NCBI GenBank assembly: GCA_036172245.1
Contig: JAYWIR010000017.1
Location: forward strand, 3,286,001-3,350,000
Length of the DNA: 64,000 nucleotides
Direction: 5' to 3'
Source of the DNA: Raillietiella orientalis
Taxonomy: Eukaryota
Shown here: in pieces, positions 52,401 through 64,000 of the stretch
How positions within the stretch are numbered: the stretch's first letter is position 1
Layout: the number at the start of each line of letters is the position of its first letter
Made by a program: the position numbers and the translations under genes
Notes under the pieces: generated by a model
Databases searched by the model: none
What the model saw: only the letters and a program-made list of their open reading frames with translations
What the model was told of the DNA's origin: nothing

Positions 52401-52900
52401 ACAGTTCAGGGGCTATTGGGGACATGCGACCTGCTACAGCCAGATCTCTTCTGAAGTAAGACTTTGGCTCCACAAGAATACCATGCATCCATGGTATTTT
52501 TTCCTCCTTGATTGTGCAGATTCTTCCAATGATCATTTCCTGCTCAGCGTTTAAACCGAGAACAATTTAAAAAGAATACCTGCTGAAGACGTGAGGATAT
52601 TAGCTTCTTACGTTGCAGTATTCTCTTGAAACTCGATCTGCGAGTTGCAAATTCTGATCGAACCACTCACATTTTTCTTTTGCTGCTTTTATCTGTACTT
52701 TCCATTTCACGATGATCCTGAAGTGCTTCTCTTCGTCTTCCAAATCGAAGATTTTCCCACCTAATTCATCTCCCTGGAGCAACAACATTCCCCAAAATGA
52801 TTCCTTGCATTGGAGATGGGCCAATGCAAGTTCAGGCTGAGTTCACAAAAGCTAGGCTGCGCCACAGTGGATTTTTTCAGCTTGTCCAGCATTGAAGTCG
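46500..52900 (-). pseudogene. L: EVE-C: decayed Mononegavirales-like L gene
   Basis: Collinear remnants: NLHWPI (~52815-52832), KHSYFP (~52211-52229), LILKVKERE (motif F, ~51575-51602), LFLLST...YYFS, FFSEAWDF (motif A-like, ~51320-51343), EMQEELWD (motif B-like, ~50920-50945), PVFHSLAEAGQIG (~50062-50101), GAEVPYL (~49400-49420), LCDALLLHCYRHW (~49296-49335), IRHR (HR motif, ~49171-49183), CL..ATGG (MTase-like, ~46669-46695, weaker). Confidence 0.68.
47990..48700. repeat. AT-rich low-complexity (ATGT/ACAT/TATA-rich) tract, apparently inserted in the EVE-C L
   Basis: Abrupt compositional shift with alternating purine-pyrimidine motifs (tatgta, tacata, catgtg). Confidence 0.6.
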
Positions 52901-53199
52901 TTTGGATCTGATGTAATCTTGAAGCAGCTGCATGAGTTTACGTATTTCATCTTAAGAGACAAGATGCTAAGAGAAAGGAGATGAGCAGAGCAGATGCATG
53001 TCAATGTCACGCTTTCTCCATTCTTTCGCTATTCCTGCTGTTCCGGCAGAATTTCGTTCTTCGGTGCGAATGCTGGGAAATTTGCTTCCAGGCATTCGGG
53101 AAGCAGGGAGTCCCGCATCCGCTGACCCTTGTGTATCTACAAGCATTATTCCTCTCGCTCAGAGCAGTTTTTTTTGCCTACATTTATTCTGAGGCATCC

Positions 53200-54850
53200 A
53201 CTTGGGTTTCAGTAGAACCATTGCTTTTCTTTACGACTTCTTAATAAATGCTTTTTTCAGATCATTCCAATTCATCTTCAGGTACGTAATCCAAACGACA
53301 AAGCTCTGGAAATTTCCTTCTCCAAATACGAAAATAGGATGGTGCAATTGAATTTTAAATTCAGCAGGAAGGGGTCCATGGTAGTATCTGTACCAAGAAA
53401 ATAGCATGCAGCCCTAGTGCGCTCTTTTGGAATCATCACGACGTGAAACTCGCTCTCAGCGAGAACGCATTTTTAAATGCATTTTTTCCCCTGGATCCCA
53501 TCTTCTCACGTTCCCATCAATCGGAAGTAGCTGGCTTCGTTCCTGATAAGGAACAGCCATACTGGATGTCTTTTGCAAACAGCCATCATGCCCATCCTTT
53601 ATTGCTTGTGGATCCGCTTCCTTTCTGGACCAAGAGCATCATGGATCTTGTCGTGTACTTTCGACAACACAGCCACTAAGTTCAACGAGGAAAGCACGCT
53701 TTGAACATTTGCCCGGACTCGTCTTTAATGATGAATTCCCACTTTTATTTTGCACTGTAGTCAGAAACTGCCAACTCTGATTTTTCTTTTGAGAAACAGG
53801 ACTTGTGCGCATCCACTGATCGCTCCTATCTTCTCTCTTCTTTAGTAGGAGCAGCTTCTCAGGGGCCTTAGCAGTTTGATTCTGTTGCACTGTCTTGCTA
53901 ACAGTCGAAATGGCTTCTGTGGAATTGACCCTGCATGTGAGTTTGAGTTGTCCAACGATGGGCATCGCACTCCGTCTTCAGTGAATAAGAATGGCAGTCG
54001 TATTCCTCGGAATTACCCGTGTTCTACAGCCTCCGATGTACATTTTATCAGCGCATTCATGCTTCGAGCACACTGGCGTGTAGAATCTTACGTTTCTGCT
54101 ATTCTTGCATTTCTGGATCCAGCCTGGATTGATGAAGACTTCATCTCTCTCTCTTGGAAGCAATGAAGCGTATCAAAGGACGCTTTGCCTCTGCCTTTTC
54201 ATCCCAGCACCTTTCGTTTTCGAATGGAACTGTGTAAACTGTCTTCGCTTTCTCAGGGCTTGTTTCATTGCAGACCACGGAATGATCGAGATTTCTAAAG
54301 CACAGATTTACAGCACAAATCATAGCAAGTCCAGAAGCAAGATACTAAAAAGAAAAAGAGAAAATAGAGAAATGAACGGAAATTTGAATGTGGAAGGCAA
54401 TACCTGCCGCATAATTGCGGAAACTTTGGAACCGCAGCTCGTCCTTTTCGTGGTCTCACATTCCTCTGGGAGAATTCTTTTCATATCAAATAGGACTCTC
54501 GACTGATGCTTGCAGAATCTCATCTGAAATGTTTCTAAGTTTGTTGTTGCCCAGAAGATGGACGAAACGGAACAAGATGATGACAAAAAAATTCTGGAGC
54601 AGCTCGTATGTGGATGCGTCTCAAGATGATTTAAAGTTTTGACATGCATTCTCTGTTCACTAGGATTAGAGAAAACTCCTCTACAAGGCCAAAAAAAAAA
54701 AAAAGTACGCTTCGGAATTTCGACAATTCCAAGGCAACAGGTGCACTCATGAAACTGATTCCCCGTATTCTTTCTGGTTGTTTTGGAAAAGGAACCACTT
54801 AATTGCAGTGGCATAGCCTTCTAGAATTATCTAAAGTGGTGGCATAGTCT
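53200..54850 (-). pseudogene. G: EVE-C: decayed class III glycoprotein
   Basis: SCSRIFLSSSCSVSSIFW (C-x8-C plus aromatic loop, ~54550-54603), ILPEEC, ENERCW, GWIQKC...PVC...C. Cys-rich with NxS/T sites. Lies directly upstream of the EVE-C L. Confidence 0.5.
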
Positions 54851-57299
54851 GCTGAAACTCCTGCAACAGGATGTCAGCTTTCTTAGGTGATCTTTGAAAT
54901 CCATGAATTTGATCGAGACGTTTGCTCAGTTAATCACACTGAAGGTTGAATTTCCATGTCCTTGTTTCAAGTTAACATAATAAGCTTGTTGGCCGCAAAT
55001 AGGACTTTTATTAAGGCTGTTCTCAAGATACATCTCCTCATCCCTTTTGGCAAACAAAGTACTAAGTGCACATTGAGGAACTGGAAATTAAGAGCAGCCC
55101 TACTTCACAGCATTTTTAGAGAAAAGTGTTCAGTCTGAAAGAAAGGAAACTGACATGGCGCACCAATTACTAAAATTAGCACTCCGTGACACTCTATTTT
55201 AGAATTACAAAAGAATGTTTCACGAAAAGCAGCAAAAACAAGTGGAATTCCAGTGTGTCTGCTGCAAAAGTGCATGGGGGCAGCGTGAGTACATTTATTA
55301 TGTACAGAATGAAAGAAATGTGCAAGGCAAAAGCAACTTTTATCTCTGTAAGTGTGCACACGAGTAGGAAGTTCAAGGCATTTCCGAATGCAGAGGTTCA
55401 CTCAATGAACCATCATGTCAAGGAAGGATGGAAACAAAGAGCATCCGATGCTCTAAGAAGATGCACCTTCAGCTTTTTTATGAAACTCCCGAAGTTGAAT
55501 GCGCTGATTTGCAGAGCCACTGGAACCGTCGGCCTGCCAGAAGAGTCGACAAATGACTTGCAGTGGGTGCAGAGCAAAACTGAGAAGCCTCCATCTCTTG
55601 GATGACATCCACCGAACCTTTCTTTTTGGATTTCAAGAGCTGTTCCACGAAATTCTGTTGCGTTTCTCCATTTCTCGCTTCTTCCCTACCCATCGTAATT
55701 TTGAAACCATTCCTTTGATCCCTGATCCCGTAATTATATCATGTTTCATTTTTTTTAAAGGGATCACTGCACTTCCTTGGGACCCGAGGATAGCGTGGGA
55801 TATTTGAGACAGTCATTCAACATTTGAGTGTCTTCTCGCTGTCTGCTTGCTTCTTACATGTGTTCGATTCTGAACTGCGAGCTGCGTGTTCACCTTCTGC
55901 GAAGGTTAGATAATCTCGATTTCATCTTCGCTCTCTGATAGGTTTTGCATCCGTGATGAAACTCTTGGAAGTCTCAGGCAAGACAATCCGCAAGAAACGC
56001 GTGAACGCAAACGTCAGTTGACTCGATCGCAGCATGCAGTCGGCCATTTAAAGATGCTTCGTATAATGAAAAGGAACTTTATGAATAAAATTCGGTAAGT
56101 CCTGAAAGTTTCCACTTTATCAGCCAAATTGAATAGAAAGAAAAAATCCCACTCTGTACAAAATGTCATGAAAATCATTCCACAAAACTGAGAAACGATC
56201 ATTTTCTTTCTTCTCGGAAAAAAAGTGCGGACGAGTAAATGAATGCGTTATTCAGTCGATGATCAACTGAACAGAATTTCATTAGAATCTTAGACTCCTT
56301 TTTGAAAAGGCTCCATGGTTGCTGACTTTTTCTGTCGGCGCTCACACCGTTTTCCTTCACCTTTCGTGTTTGAAGATGCACCAAAAATGCGAAACGATTT
56401 CTTTGTGAGGCGACCTTAGCTGACTTCTTCGTCATCCAACCAAGGCAAAGTATGAGTCAAAGAGAAGCGTAGAGGTGAGCATAAGCCAACCCATGAGGAA
56501 GAAGAGGAAACCATTTTGAGATTTCTGGAGCTTCAGAGATACACGTTTCTCATCCTGAGCATCTGTCGAATGTTGGTGGTTTACATGTTATCCTCATCTA
56601 AGTTTTCTTGATGCCATCCTCTAACCTGAACCGGAGTTTGACCATGGGCTTTTGCGTACATCGACGAAGGAAGCAGGATGGTGCAGACTGAGATGCTTGT
56701 CGGTTGTCCAGAAAACTACAAGCTTCTTCCTGAGTTTACTTGATGGAATGCATCCCATCGAATGCCGAGTAGTCCTTAATGTCCCATCGAATGCCGAAAA
56801 TCTCATTAAAAATCCATCGATGTTGCGCACAGATAGTTTTCAGCTTTTTTGCTTTGAGCATGCGATCTGCTCGTGTTTATCTGTTAGGCGGGCAAGTCTC
56901 TGAGGTCACTTTTTCTCCCATGACGAGGGTTATCGAGTGGACCAAAATTCCCGTTTCCCTTTCGAATTCAAGATGGATCTCTGGAAATTCGAGTTTTGCG
57001 GTAGGAAATGCATTTTGAGATTTCGGGATCATTTTTTTTCGGAGCGAAAATTTCACATTCTGCCTGCGGAGGCGTCTCTTTCGAATGGGTCAGCATTGAT
57101 GTTAATACGAGATAAGGCACTTTTTTTTAAAATTCTTTTTTTTACAGTGAACGAAAGATGCGAATACTCATGATAAAACAAGACAAGAAGCCTTCGTCAA
57201 ATCGTTAACAGAAGATTTCAGCAGCTCCAGGAAAATCACGTTTTCCTCTATCCAGGTTTCACACAAGGATCGTCGGTTTCCAGGATGAGCGCTTCCATG

Positions 57300-58500
57300 G
57301 CTGTCTTCTTAGGTGCAGAACAATCCAGTGAATGAATTGCTACAAAGGTTTAGGATACTCTTTCTCGTGGATTGTTCTCGTATGTGGTCTGGAACACTCT
57401 TCCTCAGGATTTATTCGAAACGTTTACATCGGAAACACTTGAATGGATTCCGTGTTTTGCTCTGGGCTTCTCTTCCCATAGTTGTCCTTGACACGCAATA
57501 CTTCATTTCTGACACTGCTTAAAAGCGATTCCCAAAACGCTACGTACCTTCGAAGCCGGGCCTCTTCCCAGAATGGAAAAAAAAGGCGTGATAGGCAAAA
57601 CTGCGGACTCCTCAGCGGTATTTTTGATCAGCAAACTCAAATGTTTCACCCACTGAGATTTCTCCCGCATATTTTATCCCGTGGATGATTTAAGAAGAAA
57701 CATCTTTCTAGGTATGCCTGCATTGGAGGCTGCCAGATCCCTACGACGTGCCAAAACAATCTTCGCTTCCAGTTTCATTTCCATGGTGACCGACTTTCGC
57801 AGCGAGCAATGAAACTGCGAGAGGCTTTTCCGACAGTTCATTCGCATCCAGGGATGTTTTCCTCCGTGCTCGAAAAGGGACATGCACGTAGCTGCATCTC
57901 ACGCAGCCTTTTCTCATCCCATGCCTAGCAATGCGAAGTACGTCAACAAGATGCTTGCTCACCGGTTCGCACATAACCACAAACCGGTTGCCCGCAAGAT
58001 GCTGGCTTGCAGCCGACGTCTGCTACCATCTTTTTGTTAGATACTGATACATCGCTGCTATTTCATCAGGGATGAACACGGATGATACCAAGGGAATCCT
58101 GGACTTCGAACCCTTGATATGGCATATGGCCTTGTTGCAGCCCTGCCGGCAGTTCCGTTCTTCGCCTTCGCACGGTTCTTTTATGAATGTACCTGCGAAT
58201 CACTCTTCGCTTAGGGACAGAACCGATCATCTTCAGCAACTTGCGCTGTGCTTCTTCAAAGGACGCAGTGAAGGAGAATTTGAAGGAGCAGAGAGATTCT
58301 AAAAGGAACAGTGGACAGAGCTGACCTCCAGCCAGCACTCGAAATCGACAGAGCTTGCCCCTCTCTGCGCTTTGAGAATCCATTATGAGCTCATGATTGG
58401 ATGAAAACGTGCAGCTCTCAAAATTGCAAGTTTCAAGCTGATTCGAAGGAGAGGAAATGACCACCTCGAGATGATTTCTACGCTGTGCATGCATTAACCG
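57300..58500 (-). pseudogene. Possible N-like gene of EVE-C
   Basis: VLRIARHGM...KHPW (ORFs 57741..57980 and 57674..57883) resembles the central region of mononegaviral/chuviral N. Lies ~12 kb from the L end, fitting a full genome. Confidence 0.3.
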
Positions 58501-59499
58501 TCTCATGGAGCGCTCAGCTCTGGATATCAGAGACTTTGGGCTTCAGCCATCATATGTGAGAGGGATCTGATTCCCTTGCAAGCAGCATTTTAGATTACAT
58601 TCAAGGTATTTTTTCTGCTTTTCCGCTCTCGAAGTATCATTTTCTTATTCTAGCTCTCATGATAGCTTCCTCCAAGAATGTATTAATCTGATACGCTTCA
58701 TTACAATCACCAAGGCTACTAATGTTCCAGAGCATGCATATTCATGAGGTAGTTTTCTCTCTCACTCTCTTTTTTTCTTTTCTTTTTGGCAGCACTGATT
58801 GGCATTGGATTCGAACGCACAACTAGAATTCAGTCCTTAAGGACACGGATCCTTTTTGAAGCTCATTCCACAAAGGATACCCTTAACAGCTGGGATGATG
58901 TGAACAGTTCATTACAATATTGCAGATCTAATTTTGGGAGCGCGAGGAAATTTACCCAGAGGATTTACAGCCTCGACAGAAAATTCATAAGCAGCAGCAG
59001 TGGTACTTTCATGCGTAGGAAGCACTGAAGAAGGTGCGGATGATGCAGCGATTGGAGATGTGGAGCAGTCACATGCAAGCCCCGAAGAGCGAAGCAATCT
59101 AGGAGCTTAATCCTTTGAAAATTCTCACAAGGGATGAATTTTCACAGAGGCTGCTGCAAAGGAGATCTCGGATCAGTCGAGTAGAGCTCCTGGAAGCATC
59201 CTGGAAGGTGCGTAAAGGACGGCAGTCACAGGAAAGGACAGAAAAGCAGCAAATGGAAATCACCTGCTCCCAATTTTTAGAGCAGCTTCCATGATTAAAA
59301 GGTTCATGGAAGCTCACCTCACACAAAATCAGAGCGCGCATCTCGCGAACGGAACCGAATGGCGGGTTTCTGTCCAAATAGGGACAAGGGAAAAAACTTT
59401 TGCGTCTTCTTTCTTTTTATTCATTCAGTACATCCGTTTTTGTTTTTTTTTTCACTTCCATTTTCAATGCAGAGGGGGTTCTGAGACCTAGTTCTCCGC

Positions 59500-62100
59500 T
59501 GACGTTGCAAAAATCCTTGGTCCATTCTAACCAGATCAGAAATCACTCTTATTTCATCCTGGATGATGCATGCAAGTGAAAACTTCAGATTTCACAATCA
59601 ATAAAAGTTGGGATCGGTCTCGTTTTCCTTTTCGGAACTGGGATTTCCGAATTAGCTGCGGACAAGGGGACCGTTTGGGAGGTACATGAAATCCTGAGAT
59701 CTGGGTGAGGGGGAGGGGGGAAATGTAACACAGGTAAGCTGGAATCATTCTCAAGGAACTAAAGGCTTTTGCGGTTAAGTATCGAAGAATTTCCGACTCA
59801 AGGTCTGCATCTTGAATGCGGAGATTGCTCCACAGTCTCTCTTCGTGGACAAAGCAACTGATGCAAATCCACAGAAAAGCTGGTACGATTAACACTGTGA
59901 TCTTCTCACTGAATTCGAATCAACCAAGGGTGCAGACAGTTCGGAAACTGTTGCGACATGCTCCAATCCGCTTGTGATTGGAGTTCGCAGCCAAATGATT
60001 TTGGACCCAGAGATGAAATCACGATCCTCCATGGAAATAAGATGTGAGACAAGTTGGTTTTCTCCATAAGGCCGAAGTCAGCTGGAAAAAGGTACTCGTG
60101 CGGGAATGAAAATCAGAGCTGAACAACCTCAACGCACAGCGAAGAGAATTCTCCCGCAATGGTGTATCCAGATGATGAACCAAATTTATTCAAGTACCCT
60201 TTATCGGAAGTGAAAAACGACCCCCGAATCCTCTCTTCCCAAGGATCGAAAAATACGCACAGTCATGCGAACATAATGAGAACCTTTGATTCAAAATCTT
60301 TTCTGGCTCATAATCAAAAGCCTCGTCAGGATGGCGAAGAAAAGATTCGAGCGGGTCTCCGTAAGAAATCACTTGCGCCTTCCTTTCAAAGATCTGCTTG
60401 CGACGAACGCTTTTGCTTTTCAGGAGAACTTTCTTCCGGTTCATCCTTGCGGAGCCATCTTACGAGCAGCGGGGTTTGAAGCTTGCATCCTTCTTCTCCA
60501 CTCATCGGTCTTTCTAGAATCAGTCCTGAGCTCTCCGACTCTTAGTATGGGAACCATTCCTCTTTCTTGGAAACAGTGAGGCTTGGGTGTGCACGTCTTC
60601 CTCCATATCCACTGATGTGAAACCTTTAGAGGGTTCTTAGTCGTTTCACACTGTGAGCCTGTATTCTGTCACGCACACATTTTGACCTCATCCTGTTGAG
60701 GATCGGAACACACTCAAGAAATTATTTGGATTTCTTTGGAATAGTTTCTACTGATTCGAATGTTTGATGGAAGCAGTCATAAGAGAAATTTGCCTTTGTT
60801 TTTGCTACACGTGAAATTTCTCGATCTCTGCGACAATTACATAGGAAACGATAGGAGCCACTTTCGCATCCTAGGATATTTTCTAAAACTGATGCATTCA
60901 TTCCTTTCGTCGACTGACATAGTTTCATTTTGTGGGCTTTTCCTCTTTTTTCCTCTCGAACTTCCTAGAGAGAACACGAATAAGCTACAGAAAGAGTAAA
61001 GTGACGAAAATTTCCAGCTCATAGTTTCGGAATCTTCCCCTTTTAAGCAACGTTCCCAGCTCGATATAAGAAAAGGCTGCTAATAACAGCACTGAAAATA
61101 TCCCAGGCATGCCCGAATGAAAGAAGTTTGACTCTTCATAAACTGAGCTGAACGTTAGAAAGACTATGGGCACTAGATTGTTCCAGGCAACTCCAGGAAA
61201 ATGCAAAATCGCCTGGATCTGCGTTTGCCTGCACCTCCGATGGGAATCTTTCTTCGCAAAACATTTCGGAAGCTTCCTTTCTTTGCAGGAAAAGTAGGTG
61301 AGCACAGGTAAACAGAAACAAGGAACCGTCACGTGCTGAACTCACACGTGATTGCTACGGAGGTTCTGAGTCGCCTTGCATCAACCGCCATCCCGTTACA
61401 TGGGACATGCGAAATCTGCACTGATCTGCGCCGTCTCAATCCTCGTTGATCTGAGGAATTTAGGGAGTGAATTGTCCAACATGGGGTTCTGCCACCCCGA
61501 ACTTACCTATGGGACGGATACTTGGCGAGTGGTCTTGCGGGTAAATGTGTTCCGTGAACGACCAAGAGCAGTAGGTACGCCGTGCTACCACAGAGAACAG
61601 CCTGCACGGAGATGAATTATGGCTCCACCAAGAGACTGCAAGACGGCTAGTCGACTTGCAGAGAGGGCAGTCGTCCATGTAAGGAGGCTCCAAACGTTTC
61701 GTGGAAAGTGAAACGACGTGGGGAAACGAATCTCGGGGTCGGTCGCCATTTTTCTCTGCGAAACTCACGTGTGATGATGTAAGGCTTGTGATGTTCTTTT
61801 GTAGATCGGGCAGCGCGGCAGGCCACCAGCACCAGCTCTTGAAGAACCTGTGAGAACACAGAGCGCTGTTCCTGATTTTCGACAACTTCCATCAGAGAAC
61901 CTTCCTGGCTGACTGTTGGAAAAGGAGAGGAATCATCTAGAAAAAGAAAAAAAGCAAGCTGGAGATTCCTTCTAAGAACATGTCCCGTTGGCGAACACTG
62001 GATGCTTCTCCGTTTGAGGAATCTTCTGGAGATGCAAGGCAGATGCCAGCTGCTTGCAATTCGAATCACTTTAAAATTTCTTGCAGAAAGCAAAGCACGC
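59500..62100 (-). mobile_element. Decayed L1/Tx1-like ORF2 (APE endonuclease to RT)
   Basis: RDSF...PPYM...STSRLAVSW (~D.FR...YT...SRLD), LTYFSCKERK (~T.YFF..EK), PILN (~RPI.LLN, ~60690-60705), QERGMVP (~Q.GF.PGR, ~60550-60570), in order. Confidence 0.45.
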
Positions 62101-64000
62101 TTTTCACTAGCTCCATTTTAGTTCTATTTTATCTTATTTATCATTGATTTATTCATCAATGATCAATTCACTGCAGTCTCCGCACTCCTGCATCCGCCTG
62201 GCGAGATTATTTCACCAGTCACGGCATGATGCCTTTGTTTTCTGAAGTGACCACTGTGGAAGTCACAGTGGTCACTCGCACTTCCATTAATCGCACACGG
62301 AAATGGAAAATTCGATGTTTGTTTTGCTGAGGAAGGGATGGTGGATTGGTAGGAAGTACCTCATACCACTTGTTCTGTTGAGTGCGCCCACTCCAGTGGT
62401 GCCAGTCAGCTTCCAGAGCTCGATGTCTTGGTCTCGATGAAAGCAGTGGACGCCAAGCTGGAAGTGCCTGGTTTCTTCGTGCTGAAGATTCCAAACACTG
62501 GTAGACTCTCCTGGAGGCTTCGATACTCCTTTCTTTCCTTTTTCATCCCTTCTTCGTGCACTCGTTCAACATGAAAATCCACACTACTTGCTATGGCTTG
62601 TTGCCGCGTCGAGACACGAATGCACTTAATTCTTTCCTTCTCTTCCAGAAGGCAAAGAAACCTGCTTGGTTTCCTCCGGTGCTGGCTCCGATGCAGTTTT
62701 GAACAACAACAACAAAAAAAAAAAAAACAGAGAGAGGGAAAGAGATTGCCGTCAAAAATCTGTTCAAAAATCTGGAGATTTTATCAGATGAAGAGTAAAC
62801 ACAGTACTCATATAGATGTAATCCACGAGAAATGACCTTCTTAGCTGTGCTCCATCTCTCTTTCGCTTTGTTTTTAGAGCGCAAATCGGATGCATTCGCT
62901 TTGTTGCATCTCTTCATTTCTTTCGCAATGTGACGAGTTGCTTTTCGATCTCCAGAGCCGTGAAAAAGCAGCTATCATTAACTGGGAATGTTCTTATGTG
63001 AATGATCCGAATGAGCATATGGAGCACTCTTAAAAATGCATCTATGAACACGCAGCCATGAAACGACAGCAAGAAATGAAATGATGAGCGGCTTTGTGTT
63101 TGCAGCCTTGCGGTCTGCCGGCGATTTACCCGGAAATGCGAAAACCCCTTTTGGTTTAAAAGAGCCTTTGTGTTTAAAAAACAACCAAAAGAAAAAAAGA
63201 AAAAAAGGCGGCCATTAGAGTATTTAATAATTCCGTATTCAATAATTTCGTGCAGCGATGGGTAGAATACTTGTTAAGATCTCGATACTGTGGGATTCAT
63301 ATTACAATGCTCGATACCGAGCCGTTAATATTATAATATTCTATCAACGTTTCTGAACACACGGATCTCACGAAGAGTTCTCTCTACAACTAAAGTTTCT
63401 CCCTTTGGTGGATGCTGTGTACGTTACAGCTCCACGCTATTGATAATTCAATTACCGAATTCTAGATAGCATTACGATCGCTTTCCGTGGCTGCCTATCT
63501 AACTTTGATCCACTCCGGAGGAAAGCGAGAACTCTCTTCACTTTTAATTCAGGTGTCATTAATTCTCGTGATGCTGTTAAGAGAATTTTAGCTTTGCCCC
63601 TTTGGAAGCAATCCGGTGATTTATGGGGTTAAGTTTCTATCAGACGATCGGGGAAAAGAGGAATCCATACCTTTCGTGTCATGTTTCCGTCGAAGAACCC
63701 GCTCCAGAGCAGATGGGGTTTCCAGTGAATCAGCCGAATCAGTTGTGCACTTTGCAGTGAAATTCCATCACCGGGGAAACCACGATGCGACCTCCTGATC
63801 GCCCTGCTCCACGAGCTCGGTTGATGACAACTCAGACTGCGCGCGTGAAAGTTAATTAGCGGGGCGAAAGTCAACGAGCGCGTCGGCGGCCACCCCTTCC
63901 TCGGACCGCGTGCCTGCCTCGGGAGTCCAGGACGATCTCGAGAAGCGAGTCCTGGTTCCGGACGGGGGGAGGGGACACCCTCGTCCCCCATCATGACTTG

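Noticed and set aside
53100..57150. Candidate viral gene-end signals such as CTTTAAAAAAAA (minus strand, ~55749-55760)
   Set aside because: A-runs are ubiquitous here, and no consistent repeated junction consensus could be established.
1..64000. Prokaryotic operon, CRISPR array, tRNA or intact host gene
   Set aside because: No long ORFs, no regular repeat-spacer array, and no cloverleaf or convincing exon chain seen. The content is eukaryotic repeat-type DNA.

Overview
Eukaryotic, probably invertebrate (arthropod-like 28S fragment), DNA with no intact protein-coding gene. Most ORF-track entries are shadow or chance ORFs or fragments of decayed elements. Manual minus-strand reading across frameshifts suggests three separate, heavily decayed endogenous viral elements (EVEs) of negative-strand RNA virus origin (Mononegavirales-like). 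Each has collinear L-polymerase motifs and an upstream class III glycoprotein-like remnant, plus weaker N-like remnants. All are on the minus strand: EVE-A ~6.9-19.6 kb, EVE-B ~26.3-43.2 kb, EVE-C ~46.5-58.5 kb. They are interleaved with many truncated L1/Tx1-like non-LTR retrotransposon fragments sharing a 3' AATAAA+GC stem-loop, a fold-back mariner derivative (22437-23278), a 28S rRNA pseudogene fragment (~7700-8440), and a 681-bp near-identical inverted repeat pair inside older LINE copies. The arrangement resembles a piRNA-cluster-like graveyard. All viral and LINE calls rest on by-eye motif recognition in degenerate frames, with approximate boundaries, and need tBLASTn/HMM confirmation.
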